Positions 37,575 through 47,470 of a stretch of DNA of 64,000 bases are shown here, piece after piece. A program made the translations under genes and the position numbers. A model generated the notes under the pieces. The model ran no database searches, was not told where the DNA came from, and saw nothing but the letters and a program-made list of their open reading frames with translations. Every line of letters starts with the position of its first letter. The stretch's first letter is position 1. The stretch is from Azolla caroliniana (Eukaryota > Plantae > Polypodiophyta). The DNA lies in contig JBHGNT010000016.1 of the NCBI GenBank assembly GCA_043228905.1, positions 18,476,001 to 18,540,000 of the forward strand, written 5' to 3'.

Positions 37575-40500
37575 GTGGCCCATGTGACAAATAATAGACT
37601 TAGGATGAGTTTATGGAATTGTAACGGTGCACTTTGGACACACCCTGGCCGTCTAGAGGAGATTTTGAGGGTATCTGATATACTTTTTTTGGTAGAAACA
37701 CATCAAAGTCCAAATCGAGGATTACCACGAGTTGATGGTTTTCGTTGGGAATCTGTCTTTAGACAAACCTCACGTCGACACACTACTAGAGGGTCTGGAG
37801 GGGTTGCGATATTATTTCGGAGAGAGATACATAGTAGGATAGAAATACTAAAGAAAGACCCAGAAGCCTGTTTTATGTGGGTGAAAGTACTCACTAGCAA
37901 AGATCAGGTGATATTTATTGCCATTTGTTACTTCCCCCCGAAAGGATCTCGGTATAATATGGCTGGAGTGGCGAGTATAGTTGATGAAGGAACGCCACAT
38001 GGGCCTTCTCCATACGAACCTTTATCGGATGACATAATCCGATATTCTTCTCAAGGGGAAGTCTTCCTTGTAGGAGATTTCAATGCGAGAACCCAATCCC
38101 GCCAATGCACAATATTTCAGATGGATAGAAACCTAGAAATGGTGAATGTCGACCCTTTAGCCTTAGGCATAACACGTACATCAAAAGATCAAGGTGCGGA
38201 CGCCACAAGCTTTGGCCATCATCTGCTTGAACTTGGAAGCCGACACCAGATGATCATATATAATGGCTTAGCCAAGTGGCCGGGCTCGGAAGAGCTCACA
38301 TGTTTCCCACATGGAGGAGGGGAAAGCACAGTTGATTACCTAATAGGACGCCCTGAAGCTACCCACATGGTTAGCTCCTTCCGGGTGGCCCCATGCCCCA
38401 TTGGCGCAGACCATAACTTCCTATACTTTGAGCTAAAATGTGACGCCTCCCACGCCACCAACTCTAGTAAACCAACCCATCGCACTATAATACATTTCAC
38501 GCATGAGCTCGCTGACATCTATTCTCGGCATGTTCAAGCGCATCTCTCCTCTTTTGATTCTTCCTTGCCTTTAGAGCACCTCACTACAGAACTCACACAC
38601 ATCCTCCACTCAGCAGCAACTAGTAGCTTCCCATACACGAAAGACTCCAATCATAGTAGAGTTGGGTCTATGCCACAGAACAAGTGGTATGATGAGGATT
38701 GTAGAGAGTTGTATAGACAACTTAAAGTATCGCGGCTTAGTGGTACTATTTCCTCAGTACAGGCTCGCAAAGAGATGCGCAAGATGACACGTCGTAAAAG
38801 ACGGGCTTGGGAAGCATCTCAATATTGGGAACTCTACCATATGCTCATGAGTAGGGATTGTGCCCTCGCATGGAAGAGGCTACGGGAACCGAGACCACAA
38901 ACACCCATCGAGGATCCCAATATTTGGCACACATATATTGAGAGACTCTACCATGTCCCGAACCAACCACCCATTCCAATGCCCTCCACACCTCGACCTA
39001 CCATGGGGACACTTTTCACGACCTCTAGGGTCACGAAGGTCATCAAAAAATTACAACATAGGAAATCCATGGACCACACAGGATTGTGTGCCGAGCACAT
39101 CATATATGCTCGAGAGTGCCTAGCCCCCCTTCTCGCTCTAATCTTCAACCGCGCCCTCGCCGAGGGTTTTCCACCACAATGGGCCATGAACACAGTGGCC
39201 CCTATACATAAAGGAGGGGACTCAATGGACCCAAATACATATAGGACCGTTATGATAGGTCATACGCTCGCTAAACTATATGGTGCAGTAATGGAAGCGG
39301 AGCTCAGTGATTATATGGAAACATTAAGTCTTCGAGCACCTGAGCAAGCTGGCTTTAGACGAGCCTTCTCCACTATTGACCATATCTTCACACTCAGGTG
39401 CTTAATTGACCAGACAAAGGCTCGTAAGAAGAAACTATATTGTTGCTTTGTGGACTTTCGCAAGGCCTTTGACACGGTTCCTAGGGAAAGGTTGTTTGAT
39501 AGACTTAAGAGCTTGGAGATACCAGATGACATGATCTGGGCCATTTATGCCCTATATGAGCAAGTCTCTGGGTGTGTAAGATGCCCAGGTGGCCTATCCG
39601 ATTGTTTCACTAGCACCATTGGTGTAAAACAGGGTTGCCCCCTATCACCGACTCTTTTTGGGATCTACATTGATGAGATCACTGATTTTATTGCTCGTAA
39701 GGGAGGCAAGGGAGTAGCTATTGGGGAGACGCAAGTTAGTCTCTTACTCTACGCAGACGACATTGTCTTGCTCTCAGAGTCGGAACACGACCTACAAAAG
39801 CATCTTAATGCCCTGGATGACTTTTGTACACAACGAGGACTGGTAGTGAATTTAGCGAAAACTAAAGTCCTTATCTTTCATACATCGTCCCGAGTTAGGA
39901 GTCAATGTCACCTAATCCTCTCTCATAAACCAGTTGAGGTAGTGGGATCGTATGTATACTTGGGAGTCACCTTTAGTGCTCGCTCAGGTAAATTCTTGAT
40001 GACCCAGGCAGCCAAAGATAGGCTAACGAGAGGGTATGCATCCCTCTCACTCTTAGAGAGACAATGCCATCAGGCATACTTTCAAGAGCCACGGACTAAG
40101 GGATGGCTTTTTGACTCATTAGTGACCCCGTCCCTCATGTATGCATCAGTAGTATGGGCTCCAGGTTTACCATCTTTCATGTGGACGCAATTAGAGAGAC
40201 CTTTAGTGACGATGTTATCACGTCAACTCCGAAGCAAATCGACAGTACCACATGACATTATTAGAGCTGAGTTCAGTCTACCCCCGATGTTAGTAGAAGC
40301 ACTCTTTCAAGTGGTAGTTTTTATTCATCGGATACATAGCCAACCACAAGATAGGATATCCCGTCGAGCCTTTGAGGCGTCTCGATCTTTATATGTGTCT
40401 GGCGACACTAGCTCTTGGTATAGCATCGTGGTGAGTTGGCTCCGTGCGAACGGCATAGACATTAATAACCTACCTCCCCTTAAGTACAATCATGGGACTG

Positions 40501-41318
40501 ATCAAACTTTAATCTCTCACGAAGATCGTAATAAAGTGATACGCCAAGAAATATGGCAAATTTACACTCGATACAAATGGATCACCCCACGAGAACCACT
40601 CCCATCTAAAATGGTGTACTATAAGGAAAACTTCTTGCGCTTCTCTATGCTAGGCTTTATTACACGACCAAGATATTTAGATACATTCTTATCAAATGCA
40701 CTAAGGGTGGCCATTGGACAACTTAGGATATCATCTCACCAACTTGAGATTGAGAATGGTCGGGCTAATAGAGTCCCTAGAGAGGAAAGGTTATGTAGGT
40801 TATGCCACATAGAGATAGAGGATGAGTATCACTTCACATGCAAATGCCCAACTTATGCCGAGATACGAGCGGAATACCAAGACATACTAGGACCCTCTCC
40901 CACCCTCTCCAAACTATTAGATACCCCGAATGTAAAGAGACTAGGTAGATATATCTTAGACCTAAAACAACATAGGGAGAATAAATTACAAAGTGCTAAC
41001 GATAACCCTCTTAGTATTCATCACCATGTAACTAGTGTAATTTTTCAGGAACAAGGGGAGACGATGAATGTGGATACACTTACGCCGCTCAGCCTCTCCC
41101 TTGAGGAAGCAGAAATGCAAAGAACAACGAAACGCCCTCGAATGTTGGGCTTCAAAACAAGTCAACGTGGAGTAGACAAGATTAAGAAGATAAGGGAACG
41201 TGAGCTACGTCGACTAGAAGCTATGGTTGGGGTACCTCTTACATGGGGACCACGGGCCACATCCACATCGCAACCCTTTGACCTTCCGCTTCTCTTCGAG
41301 AGACTTGGATGGAAATGA
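37575..41318 (+). CDS. LINE ORF2, intact 1247 aa: APE endonuclease, reverse transcriptase and C-terminal CCHC motif
   Basis: WNCNG, LVETH, GDFNAR, STVDY, ADH (endonuclease); QAGFR, FVDFRKAFD, GVKQGCPLSP, YADD, YLG (RT); RLCRLC..EDEYHF..CP. The start codon is uncertain. Confidence 0.95.
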   Translation: MAHVTNNRLRMSLWNCNGALWTHPGRLEEILRVSDILFLVETHQSPNRGLPRVDGFRWESVFRQTSRRHTTRGSGGVAILFRREIHSRIEILKKDPEACFMWVKVLTSKDQVIFIAICYFPPKGSRYNMAGVASIVDEGTPHGPSPYEPLSDDIIRYSSQGEVFLVGDFNARTQSRQCTIFQMDRNLEMVNVDPLALGITRTSKDQGADATSFGHHLLELGSRHQMIIYNGLAKWPGSEELTCFPHGGGESTVDYLIGRPEATHMVSSFRVAPCPIGADHNFLYFELKCDASHATNSSKPTHRTIIHFTHELADIYSRHVQAHLSSFDSSLPLEHLTTELTHILHSAATSSFPYTKDSNHSRVGSMPQNKWYDEDCRELYRQLKVSRLSGTISSVQARKEMRKMTRRKRRAWEASQYWELYHMLMSRDCALAWKRLREPRPQTPIEDPNIWHTYIERLYHVPNQPPIPMPSTPRPTMGTLFTTSRVTKVIKKLQHRKSMDHTGLCAEHIIYARECLAPLLALIFNRALAEGFPPQWAMNTVAPIHKGGDSMDPNTYRTVMIGHTLAKLYGAVMEAELSDYMETLSLRAPEQAGFRRAFSTIDHIFTLRCLIDQTKARKKKLYCCFVDFRKAFDTVPRERLFDRLKSLEIPDDMIWAIYALYEQVSGCVRCPGGLSDCFTSTIGVKQGCPLSPTLFGIYIDEITDFIARKGGKGVAIGETQVSLLLYADDIVLLSESEHDLQKHLNALDDFCTQRGLVVNLAKTKVLIFHTSSRVRSQCHLILSHKPVEVVGSYVYLGVTFSARSGKFLMTQAAKDRLTRGYASLSLLERQCHQAYFQEPRTKGWLFDSLVTPSLMYASVVWAPGLPSFMWTQLERPLVTMLSRQLRSKSTVPHDIIRAEFSLPPMLVEALFQVVVFIHRIHSQPQDRISRRAFEASRSLYVSGDTSSWYSIVVSWLRANGIDINNLPPLKYNHGTDQTLISHEDRNKVIRQEIWQIYTRYKWITPREPLPSKMVYYKENFLRFSMLGFITRPRYLDTFLSNALRVAIGQLRISSHQLEIENGRANRVPREERLCRLCHIEIEDEYHFTCKCPTYAEIRAEYQDILGPSPTLSKLLDTPNVKRLGRYILDLKQHRENKLQSANDNPLSIHHHVTSVIFQEQGETMNVDTLTPLSLSLEEAEMQRTTKRPRMLGFKTSQRGVDKIKKIRERELRRLEAMVGVPLTWGPRATSTSQPFDLPLLFERLGWK

Positions 41319-41520
41319 AAATAACAATTGTATAACACCATTTTCATTGTAGTAGAACATGTTTCTATATAAAACATGTTTGTTATTTTTTAGAACTATT
41401 TAGCTTAAACTCTATTTTTCATCTTATTTTTATTTTTACTTCGATGAATGGGTAAATATCCCATTTTTGTTGTAAACCATTTGTCTCATGGGCCAATTTT
41501 GGCCTTAGAAGACGTTAATA

Positions 41521-41553
<33 letters not shown>

Positions 41554-42378
41554 CTCTCTCTCTCTCTCTCTCCCTGTACGTATTTTGTTCTTCCCTCTCT
41601 CATACGCAGGTATACCTTCTCACAGATTCATACTGTGTGATCTCTTCCGCACTGATGGCTTTGTTCATTCCCTACATTTGGTATCAGAGCTTGGATGTCC
41701 TTCATCCCGCTGCAGGCCGCCATTCGAATCTTCGGATCACAACATCCTTTTTTTCTGTTTTGTATTTGAAGAAACAGAGAAGAGAGAAGAAGAAAAACGA
41801 GGCTTGCATCTCATCGCATTAGATCATCTTCGCTTGGAGTAAGCCAGCCGGCTGTACTCTGTTCCTCGTGATCGTAACCGCTCGAGGTGAAATCCCCTTG
41901 TGCAACATTGACACGATCGTGCTCCACTCGGTTAAACGACATCCGAACAGGTCACCGAACGCTACTCGCCGCCCGTTGTAACCACTCGGTGCAGATCGGT
42001 CTCAAGACAAAAACCCCAATTCGTGCTTTATCCGGCTGATCGACATTCGGGAGGATCAATTGGATCCGTCTCTCTCGTCGCTGCAGTCACCCGAAGCAGA
42101 ATCGGTCCAGACAATCGGTTTCAATAATCGGTATTTGGCATATATATCCGGAAGCGAACCGGGCTCACTCCGACTCGGCAACATTCGGGGAGACCAATCG
42201 ATTATGTCCCTCAAGTTACCGGATTCAATTCGAGCAAGTTCAACAATACATATATCCAAAACTGAACCGACTCGGGTTCAAATCCGACTAGAACGATATC
42301 GGGTGAGCCGACCGGCTGCACTCCAACAAAGTTCGTAGTCAACTTCGAACCGAGCTTCGTCAACCGAAACCGAATCTG

Positions 42379-45300
42379 ATGGCATCAACATCCGGCTCAT
42401 CGGAAATGAGTCTAAGGAGGTTCGACAGTTCGAACTTCAATTTTTGGAAGGAGCAAATGCAGGACTATCTTATAGTCAAGGGTCAGATCGATCCGATTGA
42501 GAATGAAACTGCTCCAGAAATGTACAAGGCAAATGAGTGGTAGAAGCTGGACAGAATCGTCCGCGCCACGATTCGGATGCACCTGTCGGAGTCAGTGTAC
42601 TTCACAGTGCAATCGTGCACGACAGCCTTCGAACTTTGGAAGAAGCTGTCGGAAACCTACGAAAAGAAGGTCGCCTCAACGAAGATGTATTTGATTCGGC
42701 GCCTCTACAACTTGCGGATGAAAGACTCCGATTTGGTTCAGGCACACCTTAACGAGTACGAAAGTTTGAGCTCCCAAATCTCGTCACAGGGGACGACAAT
42801 CGAGGATGAACTCAGAGCAATGATACTCATGAGCAGTCTCCTCTCCTCTTGGGAAACCTTCGTTACAACTGTGTGCAACGCTTCTACGACTGCCATCAAG
42901 TACTCCGAAGTCACAAGTGCAATCCTGACTGAAGCAGCTCGGAGAAAGTCTTTCACCAAAGACTCGGCAGAAGAAGCCTATGTAGTACAAGGTTCGACCG
43001 ACCGATCGAACAACCAGGGAAGAAGCTCTTCCCGACCGCCGACAAATCAGCGAAGCCGCAGCAAGTCCCGGGAAACCCGAATCTGCAACTACTGCAAGAA
43101 ACCGGGACACATCAAGGTCGACTGTCGGGTACTCAAGTCAAGGACAGACAAAGCTCAGAGAGCTTATCAAAGGAGTAACCAGCATGAGGAAGTCAACTAC
43201 GTCGGCTCTTCAGCCGAGATATTAATGACCGACCCGAATATATTGTCCATAGAGAATCCAGTCAAATCAGAAGTTCTGCTTACGACCGAGGAATCGAGCA
43301 CATGGCTTCTGGACTCGGGCGCGTCGTATCACGTGACACCTCACCGATCACAGTTTCGGCAATATTCAGACCAACACTCCGACTCAGTTCGGGTCGGAAA
43401 TTCGCAGCACTGTGCTATCATCGGAATCGGCACCGTAGAGCTCAACCTTCTGGGTGGCTCTACACTCGTACTACACAACGTCTGACACGTTCCTGAGCTC
43501 TCACGACCCTTGATCTCAGTCGGACAACTTGATGAAGCTGGCATCCGTGCTGGTTTCTCATCAGGAGGGTGGACACTCCACAGAGGGAACCTCCTACTTG
43601 CTAGAGAACCAAAGGTACACTCATTGTACCCTTTATATGTCACACTCAGAGAGGGTGACTTATTTTTGGTAGATATCCCTGTGTCATCCTTATGGCATGG
43701 ACGACTTGGACACCTCAGCAAGGCCGGCATCACGCACCTATCCAGAGTCGGATACATCCCGAAACTCTCCTTCTCGGACCATCAGTTTTGCGAGCATTGC
43801 CAGTACGGAAAACAGGTAGCTGCATCACACCCGACATCAGCACCAAGAGAGCCGAGCCCGCTCGATTTGGTCCACTCGGACGTCTGTGGCCCGATGCCAC
43901 ATTAGTCACTCGGTGGTGCCTCGTACTTCGTCAGTTTCATTGACGACTCGACTCGGAAGGTGTGGGCCTACCCCATCAGAACCAAAGATCGGGTGTTCTC
44001 GATCTTCTCAGATTGGCTCGCAATGGTTGAAAACCAGACCAGTCGGAAACTGAAGTGTCTCTGAACCGACAATGGAGGTGAGTTCAAATCTGATAAATTC
44101 GTCAAATTTTGCCGAGAACGCGGCATTAGACGTTGTCGTGAAGATTTCCGTCCATAGGCGGAAACCGGGGTGGAAGGGGCAAGTCGGTGGTGTGCAACAT
44201 GTGCACATGTATACTAGGATATGGTGTATAGAAAGAGAGGGGAAATTTTTGTCCCACATTGTAAGGTCCCTCCCTCCTTGGGCTATAAAAGGAGGGGAGG
44301 GGTCACTTATGAAGGGGTTGTCTATTTTGTGCGAGTAAGGTATACCACTTAGTCTAGGGTTCTCCCTCTTCCCATTTCGTTTTAGGGTTAGGGTTTCGGT
44401 TAGGGTTTTCTTCTTGGGTTTCCCTTTAGGGTTTTCGGATAGTCATTTTTGGTGCGGCCATGGCGGCCACCACTGTTGTAACCGTTCGTTGTTTTAACAT
44501 AACTTGTTGAACATCTTGCCTCCGCCGATCTCTCCTTCGATGTCGTGGTCTTATTCTTTCCTCTTCTCCTCTTGAGCTAAGCCTCCATATCATGTCCTAT
44601 TCTTTCTCCTCCACTCCCTAGTCCAAGACCCCCGCGGTCCCGCCCCTTCTACAAGCATGCGCATAACAACGCGACAACTTGAATATACGGCACCATATAG
44701 TCCTGAGCAAAACGGAATCACAGAACGCATGAATCGGACGATTCAAGAACGCGTTGTATCCATGCTCCAACACTCCGGACTGTCGGATGGCTTCTGGGCA
44801 GAGGCTCTACTCACGGCAGTACACATAATCAATATGTCGCCAAGTAGACCTCTAGGACTTAAGATACCTCAGGAAATATGGACCGGCAGGAAGCCGAATT
44901 ATGATAAGCTGAGGATTTTCGATTGCGAGGCATACGCCCTCATACCGAAAGACGACCGTTGAAAACTCGAACCGAGATCAAGGAAATGCATTTTCCTTGG
45001 GTATGGACCCGATGGCGAGATCGGATACCGACTCTGGGACCCCAAGCACAGGCAAATCATCCAAAGTTTGGACGTCGTGTTCAACGAGTCGACTATGCAC
45101 AAAACGGCCGAAAGGCCTATTGAAGTCCGAAGGGTAATATTTTCCAAAGTGCCAACCCTTCATGACGGCCCAGCACACAACGTGAGATCGGTTTCACGGG
45201 TAACCGACCTCTCTCGCACCGAATCCACAGATTCGGCACAGCCGAATGGCTCGGCTTCCGACCATCCGACATCGACACCCGGTGCGACCAGTCCAATCAT

Positions 45301-46951
45301 ACCTCGAAGATTCAAGAGACTGTCGCAACCTCCGGAGAGGTACTCTCCCGGAATTTTCTTCACCGACGCCGGCGAACCGACGTCCTACGAAGAAGCATCG
45401 GCAGCTGCCGATTCAGCCACTTGGAATCTGGCAATGGAGTCGGAAATGCACTCCATCCGCGCCAACAAGACTTGGGATCTGGTCGACTTACCGAAGAATC
45501 GACGTGCTCTTCCTTGCAAGTGGGTCTATAGACTAAAGGAGACGTTCGACTCGACCACCCCAAAGTACAAGGCCAGATTAGTTGCGAAGGGATTTCGAGA
45601 GGAATATGGCGTCGACTTCGACGAAATCTTTTCACCAGTGGTGAAAATGACAACCCTTCGTTTCATGCTCGGTGTTGTGGCTGCCAACAATTTGGAGCTG
45701 ATTCAGCTAGATGTGAAAACGGCATTCCTCCACGGTGATCTAAAGGAGGAAATCTACATGGAGCAGCCGAAAGGTTTTGTGGCCACCAGTCAGGAACATC
45801 TAGTCTACCGACTCAGGAAGAGCCTTTACGGCCTGAAACAGGCACCCCGACAGTGGTACAAGAAGTTCGACGATTTCATCCAGTCGATCGGCTTCTCCAA
45901 GAGCGATGAGGACCACTGCCTCTTCACCAAAACCGCTCAAGACGGTTCTCCCATCTTCCTCATCATCTACGTGGACGACATGCTACTCTCCGGTCGGCAT
46001 ACCGGAGAGCTCACCGAACTCGTTCGGAAACTGTGATTGAAGTTTGCCATGAAGGACCTCGGTCCGGCAAGACACATACTCAGAATGAAGATTAGTCGGA
46101 ATCGCGCCAAAAGACAGCTTTTTCTGTCTCAAACCGACTACATCGGACGTGTCTTGGAACGCTTCAACATGCAATCGGCCAAGTCTGCTTAGACCCCGCT
46201 TCCCATTCATCTTCGGCTTTCTCAGCGAGACTGCCCGACATCCGTTCCGGAGGGGGAAGATATGAAGTCGGTACTGTATGCATCGGCAGTAGGCTCCCTG
46301 ATGTACGCGATGGTCGCGACACGGCCTGATATTTCTCACGTCGTAGGAGTCATCAATAGATTTATGCACAATCTTGGCCGATCGCACTGGAATGCAGTCA
46401 AGCATGTGTTCAGATATTTAGCTGGCACAAAAGACCACGGCATCCTTTTCGGTCCGAACTCAACTTCAGGCGTAGTCGGTTACACCGACTCGGACTTCGT
46501 CGGCTGTGTGGATAGTCGCAAGTCAACAACCGGATATTGCTTTAAATTCGGCAATGGAGCAATCTCGTGGAAGTCGAAACTTCAAGAGTGCACAGCCACC
46601 TCAACGACCGAAGCAGAATATGTAGCTGCCTCCGACGCAGCGAAAGAAGCTTTATAGCTCGGTCGGCTGGTGCACACGTTTCGGCAAGTCGACTCCGACT
46701 CGGCTCCAGTTGTCTACAGCGACAGTCAGAGTGTCGTTGCTTTGTCGAAAAATCCGGTTCATCACAACGCCTCCAAGCATATCGAAGTTCGATATCACTT
46801 TGTTCGGGACTGCGTCATTTCCGGGAAAATCGGTTTAGAGAAGATATCCACAACCGATAATGTCGCAGATGGAATGACCAAGTGTCTTTCGGCAGACCGG
46901 TTCCGGTCTCTTCGGCAACAGATGGGTGTAACAACATATCGGTCCGGTTGA
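42379..46951 (+). pseudogene. gag-pol of Copia I (several stops, interrupted at 44134-44676)
   Basis: CNYCKKPGHIKVDC, WLLDSGASYH, HSDVCGP, QLDVKTAFLHG, YVDDML, YTDSDF, KHIEVRYHF. Confidence 0.92.
44134..44676 (+). mobile_element. Solo LTR of an E/F-related family
   Basis: Termini TGTCGTGAAG...ACAACGCGACA and the subterminal motif AGTCCAAGACCCCCG are shared with E/F LTRs. TSD ACGT/ACTT; removal restores GIRR|EY of I's integrase. Confidence 0.88.
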
Positions 46952-47470
46952 AGCCGGACACAGTGCAGGACGGTTTCGGACAACAGACATCGGTTCACTG
47001 ATGATCGGCTTCAGCTTTTCCGACCCGACCAGTTCGGTCTTCTGTCTACGGATCATGCCGATTCGAACAAAACCGACCTATCCGAGAACCTATGCCTATA
47101 CCCGTAACTTTTAGATAACCCATGTATACGCCCATTACGGGGGAGTGTCGAATACAAATGTATAATGGACGTATTCACACTATCCTCTTAGAGAGCCCAA
47201 GTTCGGGCTATTTCTGTAAATAACATAAAGGGCAGTTGCCCTAAGTGAGTCACTATATAAAGTGACTTTGTAACCTTTTGTAAAGGTTGGTTGCTTGTTG
47301 TTGTCACTGTTTCCCTTTTATGAATATAGATATATGTGTTGTGCCTCTCTCTCTCTCTCTCCCTGTACATATTTTGTTCTTGCCTCTCTCATACGCAGGT
47401 ATACCTTCTCACATATTCATACTGTGTGATCTCTTCCGCACAGATGGCTTTGTTCATTCCCTACAGGCTC

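Larger units (their letters stand above)
36281..41550 (+). mobile_element. Element J: full-length non-LTR retrotransposon (LINE, RTEX-like) inserted in a (CT)n tract
   Basis: GC-rich 5' UTR, ORF1, ORF2, AT-rich 3' UTR and (TCTT)n tail. Flanked on both sides by (CT)n that is a single tract in I's 3' LTR. Confidence 0.9.
36020..47465 (+). mobile_element. Element I: Ty1/Copia; its 5' LTR carries LINE J and its integrase carries a solo LTR
   Basis: LTRs at 36020-41676 (interrupted) and 47146-47465, perfect TSD GGCTC, iMet PBS TGGTATCAGAGC at 41679, PPT GGGGGAG before 47146. Confidence 0.95.
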
